Assembly: GCA_043826785.1 (NCBI GenBank)
Contig: JBDRPT010000038.1
Coordinates: 1-64,000 of the forward strand
Length of the DNA stretch: 64,000 nt
From: Chloroflexota bacterium
Lineage (GTDB): Bacteria; Chloroflexota; Anaerolineae; Anaerolineales; Villigracilaceae
Direction of reading: 5' to 3'
Every line of letters begins with the position of its first letter. Within the stretch, counting starts at the first letter, position 1. The position numbers were made by a program, and so were the translations under genes. The notes beneath the pieces were generated by a model. That model worked only from the letters and a program-made list of their open reading frames with translations. It did not search any database and was not told where the DNA came from. This document shows positions 20,408-29,345 of the stretch, piece by piece.

Positions 20408-21424
20408 TCATTTTGTAAGTGAATGTTCGATCGCCGAGCGGATGGATACAATGACGTCTGCTTCGACGGCTTGCTTGGCGACGCGAATTGCGTTTTTGAT
20501 GGCATTTGCATCTGACCGGCCATGGCCGATAAATACCAGCCCTTCCACGCCGAGGAGGGGAGCCGCGCCGTGGTCACCAGGGTCCATAAGCTTCTTCACA
20601 GATCCCATTGCCGGTTTGATGAGCAATCCGCCGAGCAGAGCCAGCGGCCCTCCACTCTTGATTGCGTCTTTTATTTTATCAACCAGCAATTTTGCAACCG
20701 CTTCGGATGTTTTTAATAGGACGTTTCCGGTAAAGCCGTCCGTGACCGCCACGTCGACTTTGCCGAAGATCAATTCCTTACTCTCGATATTTCCGTAGAA
20801 ATTCAATCCGGACGATTCAAGCAGGGGAAACGCTGCTTTTACAAGCTCGGATCCCTTACCGGGCTCCTCCCCGTTGGAGATCAGACCCACCAGCGGGTTT
20901 TCCCTTCCGAGAACCCGCTGGGCATAAATTGAGCCCATGATCCCGAATTGGAGCAGGTTTTCTGCCTTACAGTCCGGATTGGCGCCGACATCCAAGACAA
21001 CGCACGACCCCGTCGCGGTTGGGAAGATAGGAGCGAGTGCAGGTCTCTCCACGCCGGGGATTGTTCCCAGGCGGAAGTAAGCGGTTACGGATGCTGCCCC
21101 CGTGTTCCCAGCGGTGACGAAAGCATCTGCCTCACCGTTTTTCACCATGTCAATCCCAATCGCCATCGAATTCTGTGATTTCGGCCGGCGTGCCTTTAAA
21201 ACAAGTTTCATCCCCTTGTCCTCCATAGTCAACATCTCAGGTGCATGGACTACTCTGATGGGGAGAGTATCTGCTTGCTGGCTGGCAAGCAGCGGGTTGA
21301 TCTGTGCTTCGTCCCCGACGAGGATGACTTCAACATTGTATTCGCGCGCGGCCATAACAGCCCCAGAGACGTCTGGGCCGGGGAAGGCGTCGCTCCCCAT
21401 GGCATCGACAACAATTCGTGTCAT
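20408..21424 (-). CDS. plsX: Phosphate acyltransferase PlsX
   Basis: 338 aa. N-terminus MTRIVVDAMGSD...GPDV canonical for PlsX. Conserved along full length. Confidence 0.9.
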   Translation of the reverse strand: MTRIVVDAMGSDAFPGPDVSGAVMAAREYNVEVILVGDEAQINPLLASQQADTLPIRVVHAPEMLTMEDKGMKLVLKARRPKSQNSMAIGIDMVKNGEADAFVTAGNTGAASVTAYFRLGTIPGVERPALAPIFPTATGSCVVLDVGANPDCKAENLLQFGIMGSIYAQRVLGRENPLVGLISNGEEPGKGSELVKAAFPLLESSGLNFYGNIESKELIFGKVDVAVTDGFTGNVLLKTSEAVAKLLVDKIKDAIKSGGPLALLGGLLIKPAMGSVKKLMDPGDHGAAPLLGVEGLVFIGHGRSDANAIKNAIRVAKQAVEADVIVSIRSAIEHSLTK

Positions 21425-21501
21425 TCGGTTCTCCTGGCGTGAAAGTGTATTTCATTGGCTTGCTTGACAATCATCTGAACGTGATTATAATACGCTTACA
21501 C

Positions 21502-21583
21502 GCGCTGGTGCTGGAATTGGCAGACAGGCATGGTTGAGGGCCATGTGCCGCAAGGCGTGTGGGTTCAACTCCCACCCAGCGCA
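21502..21583 (+). tRNA. tRNA-Leu (anticodon GAG), type II with long variable arm
   Basis: Manual fold. Acceptor GCGCTGG/CCAGCGC, D arm CTG-GAATTGGCAGA-CAG, anticodon stem CATGG/CCATG with loop TTGAGGG (anticodon GAG), 13-nt variable arm, T arm GTGGG-TTCAACT-CCCAC, discriminator A. CCA not encoded. Very similar to E. coli tRNA-Leu. Confidence 0.85.
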
Positions 21584-21680
21584 CTGGAAGGCGGATGGAT
21601 ATTGACATCAGCCCTCAGGATCTTATCGGGATTAATCTCAATCCAATATTCTGTAAGACACAAACCCTAAGGAGGAAGAG

Positions 21681-22427
21681 ATGAAACGTTCGTTGTGGTT
21701 CTTGTTGGTGGCTCTCATCATGGTGAGCTTGGCTTTGCCGTCATGTGCGCCGGAGAAAGTTGTGATCACTGTGGCAACAGACGCCACATGGCCGCCTTTT
21801 GAATCGGTTGATGAAGCTACCCTGGAAATAGTCGGGCTTGACATTGACCTGATCAAGGCGATTGCTGCAGAGGAAGGTCTTGAGATCGAGATCGTCAATG
21901 TCCCTTGGGATTCATTGCTCGCCGGCATGGCCCAGTGCCAATATGATCTCGCCATCTCAGCGATGACGATCACCCCTGAGCGTGCAGAAGCCTTCCTGTT
22001 CTCGGACCCGTACTTCGCCGCTGGCCAGATCATCAGTGTCCAGATCTCGACCACCGATATCAGTGGCCCCGCAGATTTGGCTGGACGCGTGATTGCTGCC
22101 CAACTCGGTACCACCGGCGATATCGAGGCCCAGAAGATCGCTGGAGCTGAGGTTAGATCCTATGATGACATCGGCCTGGCTTTCCAGGACCTGATGAACG
22201 GTCAAGTTGATGCCGTTATTGCAGACAACCCCTTGGCGCTTGCCTATGTCGGTTTAAATGCCGATAAGATCAAGACCGTGGGCGAAGTCATGACAGACGA
22301 ATATTATGGGATTGCCATCTGCAAGGATCGCACTGACCTGCAGGCGCAAATCAACCGTGGCCTTGCAGCTGTTCAAGGCCAGGGCTTGATCGACGAGCTG
22401 ATCCAAACCTGGATCGTCGGGGAGTAG
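21681..22427 (+). CDS. Polar amino acid ABC transporter substrate-binding lipoprotein (SBP_bac_3 family)
   Basis: Signal peptide with lipobox (LALPSCAP). SBP family 3 fold motifs (DIDLIKAIA, QYDLAISAMTITPER). Strong SD AAGGAGG upstream. Confidence 0.85.
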   Translation: MKRSLWFLLVALIMVSLALPSCAPEKVVITVATDATWPPFESVDEATLEIVGLDIDLIKAIAAEEGLEIEIVNVPWDSLLAGMAQCQYDLAISAMTITPERAEAFLFSDPYFAAGQIISVQISTTDISGPADLAGRVIAAQLGTTGDIEAQKIAGAEVRSYDDIGLAFQDLMNGQVDAVIADNPLALAYVGLNADKIKTVGEVMTDEYYGIAICKDRTDLQAQINRGLAAVQGQGLIDELIQTWIVGE

Positions 22428-22439
22428 ACGTCGGATGAC

Positions 22440-22480
22440 AAACTGTGAGGCAGCAGCCATGTTGCCTCACAGTTATTTTT
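22440..22480 (+). terminator. Rho-independent terminator/attenuator between SBP and permease genes
   Basis: Perfect 12-bp stem AACTGTGAGGCA / TGCCTCACAGTT with a 10-nt loop, followed by ATTTTT. Confidence 0.7.
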
Positions 22481-22491
22481 GGAGGTGAACC

Positions 22492-23310
22492 ATGCCTGAT
22501 CAAAGCCGTTCAAAGACGACACCCTCCGTCACGGTCAACGCATCCGAACAACGTCCTGATGCATGGTGGTGGCTGTTTGCGCTTGTAGTCGTGATCATCA
22601 TCTTGATGGTCAGCCTGTCCCCGGACCCATATATGCGGATCCTGCTTTTCGTGCGGGACGGGATCGTCGTGACAGTTTCTATCACAGTCTCCGCATACTT
22701 GCTTACCCTGTTCGTCGGTCTATTTGGTGGACTGGGCCGGCTGTCAAAGTCGCGGGTTGTCTACGGGTTAACAACTTTTTACGTGGAATTGGTACGTGGC
22801 ATTCCGCTGCTTGTCCAGTTGATTTGGTGGTATTTCGCATTCCCCGTAGTTGTCCAGTCGCTGGGCGATTGGCTGAATATCGGATTCCTTTCGAACTATA
22901 AAGCCGACGCAATCGCAATGGCTATCCTGGGACTGGTATTTTGCTACGGGGCCTATATGACAGAAATCTATCGCGCCGGGATACAAAGCGTTCCTAAGGG
23001 CCAGATGGAAGCTGCCTTGAGCGTTGGCATGACCAGGTTCCAGGCATTGCGGTTTATCATCATTCCTCAGGCGATCCGCATCATCCTGCCACCGATGGGA
23101 AATGAGTTCATTGCTCTGCTGAAAGACTCATCGCTGGTCAGCGCAGTTGCGGTTGCAGATCTGACCCGCCGCGGCCGTGAGTTCATGTCCGCGAATTTCA
23201 ACCCAATCGAAGTCTGGATGTTGATCGCCTTGCTCTATCTCGTCCTGACCTTGTTCTCGGCCCGGATTGTCACAATCCTGGAGCGAAAGACCACGGTGAG
23301 CGAAAGGTAA
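22492..23310 (+). CDS. Polar amino acid ABC transporter permease (HisM/GlnP family)
   Basis: 272 aa. EAA-like loop (EAALSVGMTRFQALRFIIIPQAIRIILPPMGNEF). About 5-6 TM helices. Confidence 0.85.
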   Translation: MPDQSRSKTTPSVTVNASEQRPDAWWWLFALVVVIIILMVSLSPDPYMRILLFVRDGIVVTVSITVSAYLLTLFVGLFGGLGRLSKSRVVYGLTTFYVELVRGIPLLVQLIWWYFAFPVVVQSLGDWLNIGFLSNYKADAIAMAILGLVFCYGAYMTEIYRAGIQSVPKGQMEAALSVGMTRFQALRFIIIPQAIRIILPPMGNEFIALLKDSSLVSAVAVADLTRRGREFMSANFNPIEVWMLIALLYLVLTLFSARIVTILERKTTVSER

Positions 23311-23328
23311 CCCTTCCAGCTATACGCG

Positions 23329-23378
23329 AATACGGGAACGGAACATAAAAATCTCCATTCCCGTATTCTTTTTTTTTA
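23329..23378 (+). terminator. Rho-independent terminator after ABC permease gene
   Basis: Stem AATACGGGAA / TTCCCGTATT followed by a run of 9 T. Confidence 0.7.
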
Positions 23379-23429
23379 TATTCCGTCGGGTGGTAAAATT
23401 CAATAGCATTTATTTCCGAGGAGGTCCAG

Positions 23430-23840
23430 ATGACTGTTATGTTTCCTTCACCTGAATGGCTGAAAGCCCTGGAAGATAAGTTGAATTCAGATGACCGCTA
23501 TGCACAAATTGCGAAGAAGTGGGAGGGGGATATCCTGTGCCAGATTGAACCAGACAGATTCCTGAAAGAGAGCTTGTTTTATTACCTTGACCTCTGGCAT
23601 GGAACGTGTCGGCGCACGGCAATCCTGGATGCAGTCCCTGAAGAAAAACCGGCATTCATATTATTGGCACCCTACGCTAACTTTGCGAAAATATTGAAGG
23701 GCGAACTTGATCCGATGCAAGCCATGTTAACTCGCAAGTTGCAGGTTCAGGGGAACATGGCGTTGATGATGCGCAGTGTCCCGACGGTACTAGATTTTGT
23801 CCGTTGTGCGCGCGAAGTGACCACCGAAATCCTGTCTTGA
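23430..23840 (+). CDS. SCP2 sterol-carrier-like domain protein
   Basis: 136 aa. N-terminal pattern FPSxEWLKALEDKLNSDDRYAQIAKKWEGD typical of bacterial SCP-2 proteins. SD GAGGAGG upstream. Confidence 0.65.
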   Translation: MTVMFPSPEWLKALEDKLNSDDRYAQIAKKWEGDILCQIEPDRFLKESLFYYLDLWHGTCRRTAILDAVPEEKPAFILLAPYANFAKILKGELDPMQAMLTRKLQVQGNMALMMRSVPTVLDFVRCAREVTTEILS

Positions 23841-23852
23841 GAACGAGGCTTA

Positions 23853-25667
23853 ATGCAACCGATCCTCAAAATCGACCTATCATCTCGCCAAATCGAGCAT
23901 TATCGTGTTCCCATTGCTTGGGAGCACGATTTTATTGGCGGCGCATCCCTTGGGGCTCGCTTGCTGTATTCTTCGATAATTGCTACTCTGGACCCCTGCT
24001 CCCCTGAATCGCCGCTCTTGTTCCTAACTGGACCGTTAACCGGGACTGCTGGGCCAGCGGTGGGAAGATTTGTTGTCTGTGGAAAGAGTCCAGCGACCGG
24101 ACTATGGGCCGAGTCAAATGCAGGTGGCTTCTGGGGACCTGAATTGCGCCAGGCGGGATATGACGGCATCTGGATTACTGGCAAGGCGGATAAACCGCTT
24201 TACCTCTGGATTGCCGATGGTGTGATTGGATTCCGAGATGCGGCAGGCCATTGGGGCAAAGACACATATGAATCGCAGGATGCAATCCGCGAGGAACTAG
24301 GTCAGCAGGGAGCCCATGTTGCCGTGATTGGACCAGCAGCAGAAAATGGTGTCGTCTTTGCGGGTATCTTCTGTGACCATGGCCGGACCGCAGGACGGAC
24401 CGGGCTCGGGACTGTCATGGCATCGAAAAACCTGAAAGCGATTGCTGTCCGCGGAACCGGTAAAATTCCGATTGCTGACCCCGATGGATTTCGACCGATT
24501 CGATCCGAAGCGAACCGGATGTTGAAAAACGAGAACCAGAGCAGGGTCATTCGAGAATTGGGTACGGCTGGGGTCGCTGAATATGCAGATTATCTTGGCA
24601 GCATGCCCAAGAAGTATTTTACTCAGGGGGTATTTGACCGGGTGGAGGATATCTCCGGGGCGGCAATGTCTGAGACGATCCTGGTTGGCAACAGTGCCTG
24701 CCATGCCTGTGTGATCGCCTGCGGAAGAGTTGTCAGGCTGGACGATGGCGAAAAACACAAAGGGCCGGAATTTGAAACGGTTGTTGGATTGGGCCCGAAT
24801 TTGTTGATCGGCGACCTACCAACAATAACAAAACTGATGGAGTTATGTGACCGCTATGGGATGGATACGATCAGTACAGGCGGGGTCCTCGGACTGGCGC
24901 TTCTCTTCTTTGAGAAAGGAATCCTAACCGAGAAGGACACCGATGGGTTAAAGCTCACCTGGGGAGGTGCTCAAGTTGTAGAAGAATTAATCCATAGGAT
25001 CGCGCAGATGAAAAACATTGGTGCGATCATGGGGCGGGGGACACGCTACTTTGCCCGTCATTTTAACCATGAGGCAATGGCTGTCCAGGTGAATGGGCTC
25101 GAAGTGGCATATCAGGACCCAAGGGGTGTGTCCGGGATGGCCTTGGTATATGCCACTTCTCCACGCGGAGCTTGCCACAACCAATCGGATTATTATTTTG
25201 TCGACTGGGGTCAGGCTGATCCCAGTCTCGGGCTGGAATATTTTGACCGGCAGGCAGGAGCCGAGAAAGCAGCTAATGTTGCCATCCATCAAAACTGGCG
25301 GACGGTAAATAACGCTCTTGTAATGTGTATTTTTGCGAACAACCCTCCGGAAGAGATTGCTGCGCTGGTTAACTATGCTTGTGGGCACAAATGGACTCCC
25401 AAGGACTTGCTCCTTGCGGGTGAGCGGGCCTGGAATCTCAAGCGGGCGATTAACATCCGGCTAGGGCTGAGTGCAATAAACGATCGCTTGCCGCAGGCTC
25501 TCATGCAGCCTTACCTGGACGGTAATTCCGCGGGCTACAGGATTGAATTTCCAGAGATGCTTGCCGCTTATTATCAAGCAAGGGATTGGGACGCAGCTAC
25601 CGGAAAACCGACGAAAGAGAAACTAATCACCCTAGGCTTGGAAGACGTTGCGCAGGATATTTGGTAA
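23853..25667 (+). CDS. Aldehyde:ferredoxin oxidoreductase (tungsten/molybdopterin AOR family)
   Basis: 604 aa. AFOR_N start (KIDLSSRQIEHYRVP...GGASLGARLLY). Cys ligands for a 4Fe-4S cluster (CHACVIACG) in the C-terminal domain. Confidence 0.88.
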   Translation: MQPILKIDLSSRQIEHYRVPIAWEHDFIGGASLGARLLYSSIIATLDPCSPESPLLFLTGPLTGTAGPAVGRFVVCGKSPATGLWAESNAGGFWGPELRQAGYDGIWITGKADKPLYLWIADGVIGFRDAAGHWGKDTYESQDAIREELGQQGAHVAVIGPAAENGVVFAGIFCDHGRTAGRTGLGTVMASKNLKAIAVRGTGKIPIADPDGFRPIRSEANRMLKNENQSRVIRELGTAGVAEYADYLGSMPKKYFTQGVFDRVEDISGAAMSETILVGNSACHACVIACGRVVRLDDGEKHKGPEFETVVGLGPNLLIGDLPTITKLMELCDRYGMDTISTGGVLGLALLFFEKGILTEKDTDGLKLTWGGAQVVEELIHRIAQMKNIGAIMGRGTRYFARHFNHEAMAVQVNGLEVAYQDPRGVSGMALVYATSPRGACHNQSDYYFVDWGQADPSLGLEYFDRQAGAEKAANVAIHQNWRTVNNALVMCIFANNPPEEIAALVNYACGHKWTPKDLLLAGERAWNLKRAINIRLGLSAINDRLPQALMQPYLDGNSAGYRIEFPEMLAAYYQARDWDAATGKPTKEKLITLGLEDVAQDIW

Positions 25668-25674
25668 AGGAGCG

Positions 25675-27318
25675 ATGATTATCATGAAGTTGGTAACTGT
25701 TGCGGAGATGAGAGCGATCGAGCAGCAAGCAGATGCGAATGGCTTGACCTATCAAATGATGATGGCCAATGCAGGAAAGGGTTTAGCGAGAGAGATAATC
25801 TCAATTGCGCATAGCCACGATGACGAACAACTTCAAGTCCTTGGATTGGTCGGGCCAGGAAATAATGGCGGAGATACGCTTATTGCCCTGACTCACTTGG
25901 CAGAACGGAATCGCAAAGTACGCGCCTATAGTGTTCGGCGGCAGTTGGATGATGATCCGTTAAGCAAAGGTCTGTTGGTTGCGGGGGGAGAACTCATCGA
26001 CGCAACGAAAGACCCGCGGCATGAACAGCTAGCTGCCTTTACCAGCGTTGCTGATGTAATCGTGGATGGTCTTCTGGGAACCGGCACTAAGTTACCGTTG
26101 AAGGATGATATTAGCGCTATATTGAAAGCTGTTCAGCAGACAATCAACGAAGCGGATTGGCCGCCAATCATTGTGGCGTGCGACTGCCCATCGGGTGTGG
26201 ACTGCGAAACTGGCGAAGCAGCTGAAGAAACTCTCCGTGCTGATATGACCGTCACGATGGCTGCGGTAAAACAGGGATTATTAAAACTGCCAGCATACAG
26301 TTTGATCGGCGAGCTGAGGGTGGTAAGTATTGGCGACCTTGATGGACTGTCTGGTTGGGAGTCAATAGTAGACCTTGTCGCTGGAGATGATCTGGTTAGA
26401 GGCAGCCTGCCTGAACGCCCAGTTGATTCCAATAAGGGGACTTTTGGCACGGCATTATGTGTGTGTGGAGCGGTGAACTACACCGGAGCAGCCCTGTTGG
26501 CGGGGGAAGCGGCCTACCGGTCAGGTGTGGGTCTGGTGACAGTCGCGGTCCCTGCTCCAGTGCATATGGCTATCGCTGGAGAATTGCCCGAGGCGACCTG
26601 GATGTTGTTACCGCATGAGCTGGGTGTGATTTCATCTAGCGCGGCGGATGTGCTCTTAAAAAACCTGGAACGGGTGACTGCACTCCTGATTGGCCCTGGA
26701 CTTGGGCTTGAACCGACTACCGGCGAATTCATTGAAACCCTTGTCCGCGGGAAACCAATTGTACGCAAAGGCCACAGCAGGATTGGGTTTGTACAAACCA
26801 GCACGCAGGAACGACGCGTTGATGAGATTGAATTGCCCCCATTCGTGATCGATGCAGATGGGCTTAAGCTCCTGGCGGGTATAGCTGGTTGGCCCAAATT
26901 GCTGCCGCCTCAATCGATCCTGACACCGCATCCAGGGGAGATGGCGTTTCTAACCGGTCTTACGGTGGATGATATCCAAAACGACAGACTAAACCTGGCC
27001 AGGCGTTTCGCCCAGGAGTGGGGGCATATCGTCCTATTGAAAGGTGCATTTACTGTTATTGCCCACCCCGATGGGCGGACAACAACGATCCCAGTGGCAA
27101 CATCAGCGTTAGCCAGCGCCGGCACTGGGGATGTATTAGCAGGCTTGGTTGTTGGCTTGCGAGCCCAGGGGATGGGCCCATATGATGCCGCGGTCGCTGG
27201 AGCGTGGGTGCATGCCCGGGCAGGGTTGTTGGCCGCAGATGTGTTAGCCAGCAACCGTTCCGTGATCGCAGGGGATATATTAGACGCCATCCCAGAAGTA
27301 TTTGCTGGATTGGAATAA
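25675..27318 (+). CDS. nnr: Bifunctional NAD(P)H-hydrate repair enzyme Nnr (YjeF_N epimerase + YjeF_C ADP-dependent dehydratase)
   Basis: YjeF_N motif LVGPGNNGGD and YjeF_C motif AGTGDVLAG. The start is ambiguous among the GTG at 25648, ATG 25675 and ATG 25684. Confidence 0.88.
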   Translation: MIIMKLVTVAEMRAIEQQADANGLTYQMMMANAGKGLAREIISIAHSHDDEQLQVLGLVGPGNNGGDTLIALTHLAERNRKVRAYSVRRQLDDDPLSKGLLVAGGELIDATKDPRHEQLAAFTSVADVIVDGLLGTGTKLPLKDDISAILKAVQQTINEADWPPIIVACDCPSGVDCETGEAAEETLRADMTVTMAAVKQGLLKLPAYSLIGELRVVSIGDLDGLSGWESIVDLVAGDDLVRGSLPERPVDSNKGTFGTALCVCGAVNYTGAALLAGEAAYRSGVGLVTVAVPAPVHMAIAGELPEATWMLLPHELGVISSSAADVLLKNLERVTALLIGPGLGLEPTTGEFIETLVRGKPIVRKGHSRIGFVQTSTQERRVDEIELPPFVIDADGLKLLAGIAGWPKLLPPQSILTPHPGEMAFLTGLTVDDIQNDRLNLARRFAQEWGHIVLLKGAFTVIAHPDGRTTTIPVATSALASAGTGDVLAGLVVGLRAQGMGPYDAAVAGAWVHARAGLLAADVLASNRSVIAGDILDAIPEVFAGLE

Positions 27319-27350
27319 AAAAATGGGCGGCCGCTAGGTCGCCCATTTCG
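27315..27350. terminator. Bidirectional intrinsic terminator between convergent genes
   Basis: AAAAAA-AAATGGGCG-gccgctaggt-CGCCCATTT-cg. Perfect 9-bp stem flanked by an A-run and a T-run. Confidence 0.65.
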
Positions 27351-27365
27351 ATCTTGAGTGCGCAA

Positions 27366-28400
27366 CTAACCGTTCAGGAATTCTTCCAGGGAAGCCTTGC
27401 TGATTCGGTACGCGTTGCCTAGTTTCTTTGCTTTGAGCGTGCCAGCGGTGATTGCAGCAACCACGTCCTCCTCGGATACTTTCAAGATCCCTGCCGCTTC
27501 GGATGGTGTCATCACGTCCGGGATCACATCCGTAGCACCCTGTTGAGGTGCCTGTGTTGCCGCGGATGTGGCCTGTTGCATCAGGTTCCCGATTCCCATC
27601 CCGGCACCAATGCCAGCGGTCAGTCCGGCACCGCCGCTCGGGTTCTGGGCTGCATCGCGCATCGCATCCGCAGCCTGGAGTTGAGTGTATGTGGCCATAT
27701 CGAGCATGCCCATCGCGCGCAACTCTTCGGCGGATTTGTCGGACGGTTTTAGGTTACCTACATAGAAAGATTTGAGCGTCAGGCCGACCGCATTGAAATC
27801 CTCTTCGGCCAATGACCGGATGTACCCACCCAACTCGATCGTGTTGGCAAGGATCTCGGGAACTGCCTTTTTGGCTCCCCACTCATTGAGTGTATCCTGG
27901 AGCTTGGAGAGCATGACCATCCGTAACCGTTCTTCGATCGCATCGATGGTATACGATGCTTTCTTGCCGACGATTTGTATAATCAGCTGCTGAGGGTCCT
28001 TGACCTGGAAGCTGTAACTCCCGAAGCCTTGAAGCAGTGCCACGCCCAGACCCATGCCGGGGTTGCGAACAAGAATCGGTTGCGGAGTCCCCCATTTACG
28101 GTTGGCAAACTCCTTCATCGAGACGAAATACACTTCGGCAGGGAAAGGAGTCCGGTCGTTGAACGCCTTGCCGATCAGGTCGATTAGTTTTGGAACGTTG
28201 GCGGTTGCGATGACATGCCGGCCGGGCCCGAACAGGTCCAGAGCAAGGCCATCCCGGAAGAATACCGCCGATTGTCCATCGCGGACGATCACATTCGAGC
28301 CGATCCGATAATCACCAATCGAGGTGTTGTCTGGGAAACGACGGACAATTTCATCCTCCATCTCATTGGCATATTCAATAACATCAAATATCCGTGCCAT
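27366..28400 (-). CDS. SPFH/band-7-like (COG4260-type) protein fused to a C-terminal excisionase/MerR-like helix-turn-helix
   Basis: 344 aa. N-terminus MARIFDVIEYANEMEDEIVRRFP matches the characteristic start of COG4260 SPFH-domain proteins (from memory). A Gly/Ala/Met/Gln-rich low-complexity linker follows. C-terminal HTH MTPSEAAGILKVSEEDVVAAITAGTLKAKKLGNAYRISKASLEEFL. Confidence 0.5.
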   Translation of the reverse strand: MARIFDVIEYANEMEDEIVRRFPDNTSIGDYRIGSNVIVRDGQSAVFFRDGLALDLFGPGRHVIATANVPKLIDLIGKAFNDRTPFPAEVYFVSMKEFANRKWGTPQPILVRNPGMGLGVALLQGFGSYSFQVKDPQQLIIQIVGKKASYTIDAIEERLRMVMLSKLQDTLNEWGAKKAVPEILANTIELGGYIRSLAEEDFNAVGLTLKSFYVGNLKPSDKSAEELRAMGMLDMATYTQLQAADAMRDAAQNPSGGAGLTAGIGAGMGIGNLMQQATSAATQAPQQGATDVIPDVMTPSEAAGILKVSEEDVVAAITAGTLKAKKLGNAYRISKASLEEFLNG

Positions 28401-28527
28401 GTTGACTCTCCTTGTTTATCTCAATTCGTCGAATTTATTATAGCCGATGCAAAGATAGGATACAAGTTTTTTCCGAATTAATGTACGCAGGCTGGGGCGA
28501 AAAGTTTTGTCGGTTTGCCTTCTCCAA

Positions 28528-29325
28528 TTAGCGAGGTTCTTTCATGTGTTTTCCAGAACCCTCCTGGCGCAACATCAATATCTCAGCCATGATGCTGACG
28601 GCTATCTCCTCCGGAGTCTCCGCGCCTATGCCCATCCCGATCGGTGAATGGACCCGGCTCAAAAGCTCCTTGGATATTCCTTTTGCACGCAGCTCCTTAA
28701 CAGTTGTCATCCAGCGCTTGCGCGAGCCGATCACGCCAATGTATGCAGCGGGTGTATCTAATATTGTTGGTAATCCGGGCACGTCTACGATCACACCGCG
28801 GGTTGTCAACACCAAGTACGTCTGCGAGCTGATCTCCAGGTGGTCAGGTAACTCTGCCATCGGGACCGGGAAGAATAAATCCGCATCCGGGTTTGCTTCT
28901 GGGGTGCAGAACTCGGGGCGGTCGTCTGAAACCGCCACCCGGAAACCGAGCCATTTTGCAAGGTGTGCCACGGCTTTTCCAACATGCCCTCCACCGATGA
29001 CGACCAGCGTGGCGGATGGCAGGATCGGTTCCACAAAAACCTCCACCTGGCCGCCACACACACCCACATCGCCGCGCTCAGGGTTGGCCATAGCATATTC
29101 GAGCAATCTGGGTTGACCATCTTTAAGTGCCTCGATTGCAGCCTGGATGACCTGGTTCTCCAACTCGCCCCCACCCACGGAGCCAAGAATCTTGCCATCG
29201 GGATGGACAAGCATCTTACTTGTCTCGTGGCGAGGCGTGGAACCGCTCGTCCGCACGACTGTGCACAAGGCGGCGGGTTTGTGCGCTTTTTCAAGGTCAG
29301 CCAGGGCTTTGTAGATTGAATCCAT
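28528..29325 (-). CDS. XdhC/CoxI family molybdenum-cofactor insertion accessory protein
   Basis: 265 aa. XdhC_CoxI N-domain (AALCTVVRTSGSTPR) and Rossmann-like XdhC_C (VVIGGGHVGKAVAHLAKWLGFRVAVSDDR). Confidence 0.8.
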   Translation of the reverse strand: MDSIYKALADLEKAHKPAALCTVVRTSGSTPRHETSKMLVHPDGKILGSVGGGELENQVIQAAIEALKDGQPRLLEYAMANPERGDVGVCGGQVEVFVEPILPSATLVVIGGGHVGKAVAHLAKWLGFRVAVSDDRPEFCTPEANPDADLFFPVPMAELPDHLEISSQTYLVLTTRGVIVDVPGLPTILDTPAAYIGVIGSRKRWMTTVKELRAKGISKELLSRVHSPIGMGIGAETPEEIAVSIMAEILMLRQEGSGKHMKEPR

Positions 29326-29345
29326 GTTATGGGCATCCTTGATAA

